A stretch of DNA of 64,000 nt, from the NCBI GenBank assembly GCA_035528115.1, contig DATKZF010000001.1, forward strand, positions 160,312-224,311, read 5' to 3'. A model generated the notes under the pieces. That model was not told the origin of the DNA, made no database searches, and was given only the letters and a program-made list of their open reading frames with translations. The stretch comes from Candidatus Bipolaricaulota bacterium (GTDB taxonomy: Bacteria; Patescibacteriota; Patescibacteriia; UBA11705; DATKZF01). The position numbers and the translations under genes are program-made. Shown here in pieces: positions 18,448-28,328 of the stretch. Within the stretch, counting starts at the first letter, position 1, and every line of letters starts with the position of its first letter.

Positions 18448-19992
18448 TCAAGTCAATGATTTGGTTCTGATTTTATGATCGCCTTGATCCAAAAGTCGCA
18501 AAATCGTGGGTAATACGTTAGCCAAGCGGCCTCCGGATTTGAGTTTAAACTGTTTTCCGGAAGAGACGACGATAAAAGGGACTTTGTTGGTGGTGTGTTC
18601 GGTGTATTTTTCTCCGGTTTTCAAATCAATCATTTTCTCGGCATTGCCATGATCGGCGCTGATAACGCAACTGCCGCCCATGGCTTTTATTCTTTTATAA
18701 ATCGCGCCCACGCATTTGTCCACTGCACAAATGGCTTTTACCGCGGCGTCGAGATTGCCCGTGTGACCGACCATATCCGGATTGGCGAAATTCACCGCAA
18801 AATAATCGTATTGCCTTTTGGACAATAAATCAAGAATCTTGTCCGTGATTTTATAAGCGCTCATTTCCGGTTTCAAATCATAACTCCTGACATTGGGCGA
18901 CGGAATTTTGATTCTGTCTTCGCCGTTGACGGGCACGTCCGAACCGCCGTTCAAAAAGTAAGTGATGTGAGCGTATTTTTCCGTTTCCGCGACATAGACC
19001 TGTCTTAAATTTTCCAATACTTTCGGCATGGTATTTTTTAAAGTAATACTGGGGAAGGCGGTCAAAATATGATCCAGATCAGGACCGAAATCGGTCAGCG
19101 CCACAAATGACAAATTCTTCAACGCTTTTTTTCTGCGAAAAGACTTAGGGTTGCGTTGATTAAAATCTTTTTGCACAAAAGCTTTAGCCAATTGCCGCGC
19201 GCGGTCAGATCGCAAATTGAAAAATATCACGCCGTCATTGTCTTTTATCAAAACGGTCTTTTTTCGTCCGTTCAATATCAAAGACGGTTCCAAAAATTCA
19301 TCGGTCAAGCCTCTGTTATAAGAATGCAAAATGGCTTTGTCAAAATTGCCAAAATATTCTCCTTGACCCGAAGTCAGCATCTCATACGCCTTTTGAGTGC
19401 GCTCCCATTTTTTATTTCTGTCCATGGCAAAATATCTGCCGATAAGCGAAGCGATAAAAGCATTTTCAGGCAACTTTTTTTGCACTTGGCGCAAAATATC
19501 GGCCGCGGCGAATTGCGGCGAATCGCGGCCGTCCGTAAATAAATGCAAATATATTCTTTTGCATTGTTTGCAAACCAATTTGGTCAGAGCCAAAAGATGC
19601 TCCAAACTCATGTGCGGACTGCTATGCAAAGAAATCAAACCCATCAAATGCAGATCGGATTCATTGGAATTTACGTGCTTTATTAATTGAATAAAAGCCG
19701 GATTTTTATAAAACGTGCCGTTCTTTATGGCTTTGGAAATAATCACTGAGTCTTGCACGACAACTTTGCCCGCGCCGATATTCATGTGACCTGACTCGGA
19801 ATTACCCACTTGCAAATCCGGCAAGCCGACATGATGGCCGTGAGCGAACAAAGACGTGCTCGGATATTTCTTGATTAAAAAATCGTAATTCGGTTTTTTC
19901 GCCAATTCAATCGCATTGCCTCTGTTTTTCTGAGCCAATCCCCAACCGTCCAAAATCATGAAAATGAGCGGCAAATTTGATTTTGAAGACAT
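18448..19992 (-). CDS. Second, diverged paralog of cofactor-independent phosphoglycerate mutase
   Basis: MILDGWGLAQ...GNSESGHM. Roughly 40-45% identical by eye to the adjacent gpmI. Confidence 0.8.
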   Translation of the reverse strand: MSSKSNLPLIFMILDGWGLAQKNRGNAIELAKKPNYDFLIKKYPSTSLFAHGHHVGLPDLQVGNSESGHMNIGAGKVVVQDSVIISKAIKNGTFYKNPAFIQLIKHVNSNESDLHLMGLISLHSSPHMSLEHLLALTKLVCKQCKRIYLHLFTDGRDSPQFAAADILRQVQKKLPENAFIASLIGRYFAMDRNKKWERTQKAYEMLTSGQGEYFGNFDKAILHSYNRGLTDEFLEPSLILNGRKKTVLIKDNDGVIFFNLRSDRARQLAKAFVQKDFNQRNPKSFRRKKALKNLSFVALTDFGPDLDHILTAFPSITLKNTMPKVLENLRQVYVAETEKYAHITYFLNGGSDVPVNGEDRIKIPSPNVRSYDLKPEMSAYKITDKILDLLSKRQYDYFAVNFANPDMVGHTGNLDAAVKAICAVDKCVGAIYKRIKAMGGSCVISADHGNAEKMIDLKTGEKYTEHTTNKVPFIVVSSGKQFKLKSGGRLANVLPTILRLLDQGDHKIRTKSLT

Positions 19993-20003
19993 AATGATTT
20001 TTT

Positions 20004-21242
20004 TTAGAATTTCAATTCGGTTTCTATTTCCATCAATCTATTGTATTTACACACTCTCTCGCCGCGGGACAACGATCCGGTTTTAATGTAATCGGAACCC
20101 ACGGCCACGGACAAGTCAGCGATAAAATCATCCGTAGTTTCGCCCGAGCGATGAGAAACGATAACTTTATAATCGCTTTTTTGAGCCAACTTAATTGTTT
20201 CCATTGTTTCACTCAAACTGCCGATTTGATTCAACTTAATCAAAATCGCGTTGGCCGCCGAATTCTCCATTCCCTTTTTCAATCTTTTAATATTCGTAAC
20301 GAAAAAATCATCTCCGACCAGACTTGCTTTTTTACCGAGCCTGCGGGTAATTTCAGTCCAGTTTTCCCAATCGTCTTCGGCCAGCGGATCTTCGATCAAT
20401 TCGAACGGATATTTTGCGAGCCATCTTTCCAAAACATTCATCATCGCCTCGGCCGAGATAGGCTTGCCTTCGAGCAGGTATTTTTTGTTGGCGTAAAATT
20501 CGGAAGCGGCCAAGTCCATGCCCAATTTCACGTTGCCGCCGAGTTTGTAGCCGGCTTTTTTCACGGCCGCCACGATCAATTTAATCGCCTCTTCATTATT
20601 TTTCACTCTCGGAGCGAAACCGCCCTCATCACCGACAAGAGAAATCAGATCGCGATCTTTCAAAATCGATTTTAAAGCGTGAAATATTTCAACGCCGCAA
20701 CGCACCCGCTCCGAAAACTTTTTCATCTTGGGAATAATCATGAATTCCTGAATGGCTAAACCATTATCCGCATGCTTGCCTCCGTTCAAAATATTCATGG
20801 TCGGATAAGGCATCTTCGTTATCTTGCCGAATTTGAACGTTTGATTCAAGTATTTATAGAGCGGTTTTTTCTGAGCTTTGGCCGCCGCTCTGGCGCAGGC
20901 CAATGACACTCCCAAAATAGCGTTGGCGCCCAATCTTTTTTTGTTCTGCGTTCCGTCCAGCTGGATCATCAAACGATCGATTTTCTTTTGATCGACCACG
21001 TTTATATTTCTCAATTTGGGGGCGATGACTTTTTCGATATTTCCAACCGCGCGCAAAACTCCTCGGCCGCCGTAACGCTTGCCCCCGTCACGAAGCTCTA
21101 GCGCCTCGTGAACGCCCGTTGACGCGCCCGAGGGCACGGACGCCGTGGCGCTGACATTATTGGCTAAAGTAACTGTCGCCTCGACGGTCGGATTGCCTCG
21201 AGAATCCAAAATTTCCCTGGCTTTAATTTGTTTTATTTTCAT
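20004..21242 (-). CDS. eno: Enolase. The ORF track extends it to 21275 via an upstream Met.
   Basis: MKIKQIKAREILDSRGNPTVEA. The C-terminal SHRSGETTD is the standard enolase signature. Confidence 0.92.
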   Translation of the reverse strand: MKIKQIKAREILDSRGNPTVEATVTLANNVSATASVPSGASTGVHEALELRDGGKRYGGRGVLRAVGNIEKVIAPKLRNINVVDQKKIDRLMIQLDGTQNKKRLGANAILGVSLACARAAAKAQKKPLYKYLNQTFKFGKITKMPYPTMNILNGGKHADNGLAIQEFMIIPKMKKFSERVRCGVEIFHALKSILKDRDLISLVGDEGGFAPRVKNNEEAIKLIVAAVKKAGYKLGGNVKLGMDLAASEFYANKKYLLEGKPISAEAMMNVLERWLAKYPFELIEDPLAEDDWENWTEITRRLGKKASLVGDDFFVTNIKRLKKGMENSAANAILIKLNQIGSLSETMETIKLAQKSDYKVIVSHRSGETTDDFIADLSVAVGSDYIKTGSLSRGERVCKYNRLMEIETELKF

Positions 21243-21325
21243 AAATTTTGCAAAAATTAACGAATCAATATTCAAATAAGAGAGGCAAAAAAATCTTCGC
21301 TCCCTTTTATTGTTTTAATAATTCA

Positions 21326-22102
21326 TTATAAAATTTCGTACTCGACGTTGGCGTCAATGATCACTTCTTGGGAACCGACTTCAACCGTCGGAGCGGCCGC
21401 TCCCCCGATGCCGGCATCTTCAGCATAGGTCTTCATGTAATAATCCGGCGTGTAACCTTCATTTTCCGAAAAAGAAACCACCTTGCCCAATTTCACGCCG
21501 GCAATATCAGCCAAGGCCTCCGCTTTTTGTTTGGCTTGCTCGAGCGCCTTTTCTCTGGCTTCTTGCTTGTATATTTCAGGGTCATCAATGGTGAATTGCA
21601 AACCGCCAACGCTAGTTAATCCCAAATCCCCGGCCAGGCCGATGACGTCTCCCGCTTTTTCGGTATCTCTGATAGTCACTTCGACATTCTGCGAGACTTT
21701 GTATCCCTTAAAAACCTGAGAGCCGCTTCTCCAGTCGTATTCCGGATAAATGGAATAATTCACGGTCTTGATGTCTTTTTTATCGACATTATATTTTGAT
21801 TTCAGCTCGGAAATTAAAGAATTGATGTCTTTCGTCACCTTAGTCTGAGCCGCGGCCACCGTTTTTTCCAAGGCCTCTGTGCCCAAGGTTACTTTAGCCA
21901 CATCGGGAATGGCGATTACTTTGCCCTCGCCGGACACGGTGATGGTATTTTTCATTTCCGGAGAAATGCCGATGTAGTCATACGCCTTGATCTTTGACCT
22001 AACGCCAAAACCGACAAAAACGATTAGAACGATTAACAAACAGGCTAAAAGAATCGTAAAGATTTTGTTTTCGGACCATGATGGCCAAAATGTGTTTTTC
22101 AT
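21326..22102 (-). CDS. SIMPL-domain (DUF541) periplasmic/secreted protein
   Basis: N-terminal TM anchor and the SIMPL pattern (ITVSGEGKV..PDVAKVTLG...GYKVSQNVEVTIRD). Confidence 0.7.
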   Translation of the reverse strand: MKNTFWPSWSENKIFTILLACLLIVLIVFVGFGVRSKIKAYDYIGISPEMKNTITVSGEGKVIAIPDVAKVTLGTEALEKTVAAAQTKVTKDINSLISELKSKYNVDKKDIKTVNYSIYPEYDWRSGSQVFKGYKVSQNVEVTIRDTEKAGDVIGLAGDLGLTSVGGLQFTIDDPEIYKQEAREKALEQAKQKAEALADIAGVKLGKVVSFSENEGYTPDYYMKTYAEDAGIGGAAAPTVEVGSQEVIIDANVEYEIL

Positions 22103-22230
22103 AATTTTTAATTACGAGATTTACAAGATTTTAATACCGGATAGTACAAGATATTATTTCCAATTCTCGTAATATCTTGCCTGCCCCGAGCAGAGTCGAG
22201 GGGCACATAAATCTTGTACAGCTCGTAACA

Positions 22231-23454
22231 CTAATTTTTATTTTTTCTTAAAACAGCCGCCAGCCCCGGAAATTTTTTATAATCGGTCAGAAAATCAAGC
22301 ATGGCTCCGCCGCCAGTGGACACAAAATCCATGTCTTTCAACATTTTTATACGATTGAGCGCTTCAATGGTTTCTCCTCCGCCCACCGCGCCAAATGGAG
22401 CTCCCTTGGATCTTTTGGCGATTGCTTCCGCCAACAAAGCCGTGCCTTTTCTAAATCGCGGATCTTCCGTCTGCCCCATCGGTCCGTTCCAAATTATGGT
22501 TTTCGCAGACCTGATATATTTCGAAAAATCCTTAACCGTATTTCGTCCTACATCCAAAATCATTTGATTTTTTTTATAGACGATGTCTTTGTCATTGGTC
22601 ACTTGGCGACTGATAACGATATTTTCTTTTTCCTCCCATATTAAAACATCCTTGGGTAAAATAATTTTATCGCCGAATTTTTTTAAAATTTCTTCGGCTT
22701 GTTTTAAATTCCCGTGATTGACGAGAGAACCGCCTATTTCATAACCGAGCGCTTTGAAAAAAACATTCGCGGCCACGCCGCCAATCAGAAAAAAATCATA
22801 TGACGGCAGCAATCTCTCCATCAACGGCAGTTTGGTCTCAACCTTTATGCCTCCGATAATGCCGATGGCCGGTCGCCGCGGCTTGATCAACTTGCCCAAA
22901 TTGCTCACTTCTTCGAAAAACTTCAAACCGACGCAGGCCGACAACAAATTGGTTATGGCATCAATAGACGCGGCTTTTCGATGAGAAAATGAAAAAGCTT
23001 CATTGACATAGATGTCCGCCAGCGCGGCCAATTTACGAGCGAAAGAAACGGAATTTTTGTCCTCGCCCGAATTAAACCGCAGGTTTTCCAACAAAACCAC
23101 GTCGCCCGCTTCCAACGCCGCCAAATCCTTTTTGGATATTTGAGAAATGTCTTTGTCCCAAAATAAAACGTTTTGCCGAGGCATCAATTTCCTGAGTTCA
23201 AGATAAACGGGATTAAGACTTAATTTTTTATTGTATTTGCCTTCGGGCCTTCCGAGATGCGAAGCCAAAATAACGCGGCCGTCACGCTTGATAATGTGTT
23301 CGATCGAAGACAATGCGGATTTAATACGAAAATTTTCCACCACCCGACCGTTTTTTACGGGCACATTGAAATCAACCCGCATAAAAACGATTTTCCCTTG
23401 CAAATCATTGACTTGGTCGAGCCGAGGAACTTTTTTTATCTCAGTTATCGTCAT
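22231..23454 (-). CDS. pgk: Phosphoglycerate kinase
   Basis: VFMRVDFNVP, two-domain PGK of 407 aa. Confidence 0.92.
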   Translation of the reverse strand: MTITEIKKVPRLDQVNDLQGKIVFMRVDFNVPVKNGRVVENFRIKSALSSIEHIIKRDGRVILASHLGRPEGKYNKKLSLNPVYLELRKLMPRQNVLFWDKDISQISKKDLAALEAGDVVLLENLRFNSGEDKNSVSFARKLAALADIYVNEAFSFSHRKAASIDAITNLLSACVGLKFFEEVSNLGKLIKPRRPAIGIIGGIKVETKLPLMERLLPSYDFFLIGGVAANVFFKALGYEIGGSLVNHGNLKQAEEILKKFGDKIILPKDVLIWEEKENIVISRQVTNDKDIVYKKNQMILDVGRNTVKDFSKYIRSAKTIIWNGPMGQTEDPRFRKGTALLAEAIAKRSKGAPFGAVGGGETIEALNRIKMLKDMDFVSTGGGAMLDFLTDYKKFPGLAAVLRKNKN

Positions 23455-23492
23455 ATGCTTAATTATATCAAATTTATTTCATTCGGACACGC

Positions 23493-23753
23493 TCACTCGC
23501 CTTTTATTTCAAGCAAGCTCCAATAATTTTCTTTACCCGTCGCTTTTTCTATTTTAATTTCAGCGCCATCGGCCAACGTGCCTTCGTTTAACATCGTTAA
23601 GTTAAACCTAAGATTCTCAGGGGAAATATCTTGTCCATGCTCTCGAATAAACCCCAATTCAACGGAGATTTCACTCACCTTTCGGCAATTGTTTTCAGCG
23701 GCTTTCTCTAAAACCAATTTATGAATTTTATCGGCCAGATGAAGATCGTGCAT
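23493..23753 (-). CDS. HypA-like hydrogenase nickel-insertion protein that lacks the C-terminal Zn finger
   Basis: Starts MHDLHLADKI (the MHE Ni-binding N-terminus). It aligns to HypA up to about residue 75 and then ends, with no CxxC...CxxC. It sits directly downstream of hydA. Confidence 0.5.
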   Translation of the reverse strand: MHDLHLADKIHKLVLEKAAENNCRKVSEISVELGFIREHGQDISPENLRFNLTMLNEGTLADGAEIKIEKATGKENYWSLLEIKGE

Positions 23754-23754
23754 A

Positions 23755-25017
23755 TTAATGAGTCGCGCAAGAGATGCATGGATCATAAGCCCGAATCAAG
23801 GACTTGATCAAACTCTCTCTTTTTTTATCCGAAAAATTTTGTAAAGTCGGCAAAAATACTTTCAAATCTTTTTCCAAATTGGCGATAAACAAAGCGGTCG
23901 GCGTGACGATGTCGCATTTTCTCACCGCGCCGTAATCGTCAAAATCGAAATTGTAATACAATAAACCTCGCGGCGCTTCAATCACGGACAGACCGCGGCC
24001 GGCAGCGGGTTTGACGGAGACCTTCAATTTTTTATTTCTTATTTTCAAATATTTTTCAATCAATTTGCCGCATTCTTCCAAACAATGAATAATCTCGATC
24101 GACTGCGCCAAGACATTATGAAACGGATTATAATCGGGCGTTTCAATGCCGAGCTCATCCCAATTTTTTTTCGCGATGCCGTTTAATTTGTCATAATTGC
24201 AATTTATTCTAGCCAAAGATCCGCACATGACCGCTCGCCCGAGATGATGAGATCTTTTGACCGCCTCCCCGGACGAATTGGTTTCCGAAACCTCGGCATA
24301 AAATTGATCCGCGCTTACTTTTCTTTTGTTATCAAGAAAAAAGACTTCTCCATCATAAATCGCGTATTCTTTCCCTGATTTCAAGGCGACGTAATTGGAA
24401 GGATTTTTAAAATTGGTAATCTTTTGTTTTTTCAAAAAATCAAACAGTTTCACGGCCTGTTTCGTTTTGACGGGGATTATCTCCGCCAATTCCTTAAGCG
24501 AATTCTCGTCCGGCGCGACGTTAAATCCTCCGACCACGCTGTTTATCGGATGGATCGTCCGACCGCCGATTATTTTCGCGGCCAAAACCCCAAAATCTCT
24601 GACTTCGAGCGCGTATTTCGACTGTTCGGGATATTTCTTCACCAAATCCGTGTTATTGGAAACGCCGACAAAATCGGGGAACGATAAAAAAAACATGTGC
24701 AAAGCGTGGCTGTGAATTATCTGAGCCAATTCCAGGATTTTTCGGAGCAAAATTATTTCCGGAGTAATTTCGGTAAAAAAAGCGTTTTCAATCGCCTTGA
24801 TCGCGCCAAGATTGTGAACGATCGGGCAAACGCCGCAAATTCTCGAAACGATAACCGGCAATTGCTGATAAGGCCGGCCAATGACCATGCCTTCAAAAAG
24901 ACGGGCGCCTTCTTCCGTGATCAGCCTGGCCTCGGCCGCTTCTCCGCCGAGCAGGCTGCCGACAAAACTCGAGTGCCCTTCGGTCTTGGCGATGTGGTTT
25001 ATTTTAATGGTTTTCAT
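23755..25017 (-). CDS. NiFe hydrogenase large (alpha) subunit, group 3b type
   Basis: N-terminal RICGVCPIVH and C-terminal DPCISCATH Ni-Fe ligand motifs. Likely start MKTIKINHIAKTEGH. Confidence 0.88.
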   Translation of the reverse strand: MKTIKINHIAKTEGHSSFVGSLLGGEAAEARLITEEGARLFEGMVIGRPYQQLPVIVSRICGVCPIVHNLGAIKAIENAFFTEITPEIILLRKILELAQIIHSHALHMFFLSFPDFVGVSNNTDLVKKYPEQSKYALEVRDFGVLAAKIIGGRTIHPINSVVGGFNVAPDENSLKELAEIIPVKTKQAVKLFDFLKKQKITNFKNPSNYVALKSGKEYAIYDGEVFFLDNKRKVSADQFYAEVSETNSSGEAVKRSHHLGRAVMCGSLARINCNYDKLNGIAKKNWDELGIETPDYNPFHNVLAQSIEIIHCLEECGKLIEKYLKIRNKKLKVSVKPAAGRGLSVIEAPRGLLYYNFDFDDYGAVRKCDIVTPTALFIANLEKDLKVFLPTLQNFSDKKRESLIKSLIRAYDPCISCATH

Positions 25018-25209
25018 ATTTAGTTTGACAAATTCAGATTTAACTGATAATATCAAAGCACGCTTCGAGAAAATGACAAGTCCTGATCCGTGCATACATG
25101 TCGCTACCCTCCCGTTGTGTCGACAACTCTTTCCGTCTTTTCTCGAAGCGTCCTTGACCTCTCTGAGACCGACTTTGCATGCACCGTCGGTCTCTTTTTT
25201 TTTTAAATT

Positions 25210-25956
25210 TTACAAATAATCTTTCATGCCAAATACTTCCAGCGCTTGCTCTATTTCTTTAATTGAATGATTCTTTTTTAAAAATTTCATTAAATTTTCA
25301 ACTTCCGCGTCTTTTATCAAACCGCGACACCCCCAGCAACCTTGCTTGCTTTTCAGACAAACGGCGTTGCAACCGGTCTGCGTTATGGGTCCCAAACAAA
25401 TTTCGCCCTTCTGCAAAACGCATTCATAACCCAGGCGCTGGCAATCGTAACAAATCGTTTTCTGCGCTATTTTCGGTAATCTACCCGCTTCAATGTCATA
25501 AAGCATGGAAAAAAACTCATCAACGTCTATCGGACAAGTCGGCACGTCAAAATCAACGCGAACATAATCTCTGACCGGCAAAACATCCGGATTTTCTATT
25601 CCTTCGGGCTTATCGTAAATTTTTTTGATCAATTTGAGCTTATCGCCGTAATTTTTCAAATGATAAATGCCTCCAAAATGCGCGCAAGTCCCGAGCGTCG
25701 CCAGATAGCGGCTATTTTTCCTGACAATTTTCAATTGCTCGATATTTGCATTGGTGATCGGACTGCCTTCGACAAAAACAATATCGAATTTTTTCTCGGA
25801 CAAATCTTCTTCTTCCCTCCATAAACGAAAAAACTCCCAATCAAAATGATTCAACGACTTCAAATATTTTTCCTTGGAATCCAAAATGGCAAAACAGCAG
25901 CCTTCGCAGGATGTCAAAGACAAAATGCCTATTTTAAATTTGGAATTTTTTTTCAT
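25210..25956 (-). CDS. NiFe hydrogenase small (delta) subunit
   Basis: CEGCCFAILD...GTCAHFGG Fe-S ligands (Nuo 20-kDa-like). Confidence 0.85.
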   Translation of the reverse strand: MKKNSKFKIGILSLTSCEGCCFAILDSKEKYLKSLNHFDWEFFRLWREEEDLSEKKFDIVFVEGSPITNANIEQLKIVRKNSRYLATLGTCAHFGGIYHLKNYGDKLKLIKKIYDKPEGIENPDVLPVRDYVRVDFDVPTCPIDVDEFFSMLYDIEAGRLPKIAQKTICYDCQRLGYECVLQKGEICLGPITQTGCNAVCLKSKQGCWGCRGLIKDAEVENLMKFLKKNHSIKEIEQALEVFGMKDYL

Positions 25957-26444
25957 ATTTTCAGATTCGAGGAGGCTATCGCGTTTTTAACTGCTGCGGC
26001 CAATTGATCCGCATTGTCCGAAGTGATGAAATAATCAGGTTGATTTTCAATTTTCAATCTGACGCCATTGCCGGATCTAGCCACATACCCTCGGGATCGG
26101 TCTCGGCCGATTCTGATGCCGTAGCCCAAATATGTCTGCCATTTATATTCATCGACTTTAACATCCTCGATTTCTTCGAGTTTTATTTTTCTTTTTAACA
26201 ATCCATAGCCGACAATCATATTTTCATCGGTTACCGTGACGCTCAAACGTCTAAAATTGACGAACACGAAACCATCCAGCAAAAAAACGAACACCATAAC
26301 CAAATTGGCAAAATCGGGCGCTTCGCTCACCGAATCAGCTCGATAAGATGAAACAAAGCAATAGCCGATGACAATCAAAACCGCAAACACCAAAAGCGTT
26401 CCAATCGGCGAAAAGCTTTGCTTTTCTTCATGTAAAATATTCAT
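25953..26444 (-). CDS. Membrane protein with two TM helices and a bacterial-PH-like (YdbT/DUF304-like) domain, inserted inside the hydrogenase operon
   Basis: 163 aa. Two N-terminal TM helices, then a beta-rich segment (VTVTDENMIVGYGLLKRKIKLEEIEDVKV) typical of bPH domains. It overlaps hydD by 4 nt. Confidence 0.5.
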   Translation of the reverse strand: MNILHEEKQSFSPIGTLLVFAVLIVIGYCFVSSYRADSVSEAPDFANLVMVFVFLLDGFVFVNFRRLSVTVTDENMIVGYGLLKRKIKLEEIEDVKVDEYKWQTYLGYGIRIGRDRSRGYVARSGNGVRLKIENQPDYFITSDNADQLAAAVKNAIASSNLKI

Positions 26445-26450
26445 AATTTT

Positions 26451-27266
26451 CTAAAACGGTTTATATATCGAAGTCACTCCGTCCAATTCCGCCAAACTGA
26501 ATACCGGCCCGTCTTGGCAGATATATTTCGAACCGATGGCGCAATGCTGGCACACGCCTTGGCCGCAGTACATTCGTTTTTCCAGGCTGAGATAAATACT
26601 TTCGGGAGATATTTTTTTTGCCAGCAATTTTTTAACCACCGCCTTGTACATAACCGGCGGACCGACAACGAAAAACAAGGCATCATCAACCAAATCTTTA
26701 TTTAAAAGATCACTGACAAAACCGCTTTTGGGAGAATACTTCGGCAGTCTTCCCTTTTCCAAAATCAAATTCAAATCGTAATTTTTTTGCCACTCGGCAA
26801 AACTATTTTTAAAATACAGAGTATCTTTGCTCGAGCAACCGATAAAAATTTGTTTTTCCATTTCTTGGCGATCCGAGTAATATTCTATTATCGAACGCAA
26901 AGGCGCGAAGCCGCAACCGCCTCCTATCAGAATCAAATTTTTATCAATCGCCTCGGGGAAACCGTTGCCGAAAGGCCCCCTCACCAGCATAAAATCGTTT
27001 ATCTTGAGCGAAATCAATTTTTTGGTAATTCTGCCAATGCCGCGGATCGTTAACTCAAAATAATCCCCGGCTTCTTTGGGATTGGAACACAAACTTATCG
27101 GCGCTTCGCGCCAACCCATCAGGCCGACTTGCATGAATTGCCCGGGCAAAAATTCGAAAGCTTTCTGGCCGTCCGCCGGCAATTTCAAACGAAACAAAAC
27201 AGTGTCCGCGTTCTGCTCTTCCCGACCGATGATTTTGGCTTTTTCCGGTTTATACGCGTTTCTCAT
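26451..27266 (-). CDS. Hydrogenase gamma subunit (FAD/NAD-binding, 2Fe-2S; PyrK-like)
   Basis: GGCGFAPLRS NAD-binding motif and a C-terminal CGQGVCQHCAIG... cluster. Confidence 0.8.
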   Translation of the reverse strand: MRNAYKPEKAKIIGREEQNADTVLFRLKLPADGQKAFEFLPGQFMQVGLMGWREAPISLCSNPKEAGDYFELTIRGIGRITKKLISLKINDFMLVRGPFGNGFPEAIDKNLILIGGGCGFAPLRSIIEYYSDRQEMEKQIFIGCSSKDTLYFKNSFAEWQKNYDLNLILEKGRLPKYSPKSGFVSDLLNKDLVDDALFFVVGPPVMYKAVVKKLLAKKISPESIYLSLEKRMYCGQGVCQHCAIGSKYICQDGPVFSLAELDGVTSIYKPF

Positions 27267-27267
27267 T

Positions 27268-28284
27268 TTATTTTCTTAGGTTTTTAAAATTTTCCGCTAT
27301 GCTGATGCCCACCGGACAAGCCTGAAAACATCTCATGCAACCGACGCAACCGGGAAATTTGTATTCGTCCGTCATTCTGACGAATTTATGATAATACCAA
27401 TAATATAATTTTTCCGCGGCGTGTCTCATGTCGTTTTCGCCATTGGTTATTTTCGTGAATTCCGGATAAAAGCAAGACGACCATTTTCTTTTTCTGGAAA
27501 TAACATCTCCGTCCGCGACATCTTCATGCTCGAAACAAAAACAAAGCGGGCAGACGAGAGAACATTTGCCGCAAGCCAGACAAATTTTGCCCAGCTCTTG
27601 CCAGAGCTTATCCTCGGGCTTGGACTTGAAAATCAATTCCCTGTTTTTTAAAACAAATTCCTTATTCGGCCCTTCTTCGGGGATCGGCCCGGCGTATTCG
27701 ATATTCATATAATCACTGATACCGTTTTCCTCCAGTATTTGCTGGCCTTTTTCCGAGCCGCTGAAAATTTTCAAATTTTTGTTTTTTTGCTCTTCAATGA
27801 AAATATCGAAATTCAAATGTTCAAGCTTATCCTCCCTGAATTTTTCATGAAAAATTTTATATTTCCGATAATCCTGCGGCAGACCGGCGCTGTAGCCGAT
27901 AAGTAAAGTCTTGGCTCGTCGCTTTTGATAATAAACGTCTTCGGAAAAAATCGCTTCCAGATAAGTCAGGGCCTGCAAATCCAAAATATTTATTCCAAAA
28001 ATCACTCTGGATTTTTTTTCAAATATCTCGCAAAGCCCTTTTTCATCTTGTTTTAATATTTCTTCCGTTGAGGGCAACAGCAAATGCTTGAAGCTTTGCT
28101 TGGGCAATTTCCATGACCAATCCATTTCCTTGATGTCCGAGATCTCAACCACCGCGATATCATCATCGATTTTTCGGGGCGCGAAAAAAACATTTTTTTT
28201 CAGCAAACAAAGCAATAATTGATTGAGAGCGCTTTTTGTCATATTAAAATCATTATAACACAAAAACCGGCGGATAAAAAACAA
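27268..28284 (-). CDS. Hydrogenase beta subunit (4Fe-4S ferredoxin-like)
   Basis: CLACGKCSLVCPLC and CVGCMRCFQACPVG ferredoxin motifs. Confidence 0.8.
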   Translation of the reverse strand: MFFIRRFLCYNDFNMTKSALNQLLLCLLKKNVFFAPRKIDDDIAVVEISDIKEMDWSWKLPKQSFKHLLLPSTEEILKQDEKGLCEIFEKKSRVIFGINILDLQALTYLEAIFSEDVYYQKRRAKTLLIGYSAGLPQDYRKYKIFHEKFREDKLEHLNFDIFIEEQKNKNLKIFSGSEKGQQILEENGISDYMNIEYAGPIPEEGPNKEFVLKNRELIFKSKPEDKLWQELGKICLACGKCSLVCPLCFCFEHEDVADGDVISRKRKWSSCFYPEFTKITNGENDMRHAAEKLYYWYYHKFVRMTDEYKFPGCVGCMRCFQACPVGISIAENFKNLRK

Positions 28285-28328
28285 AAAATCCCCAAGGAAT
28301 CGGGGATTTTTATAATTCTTGTTTATGT

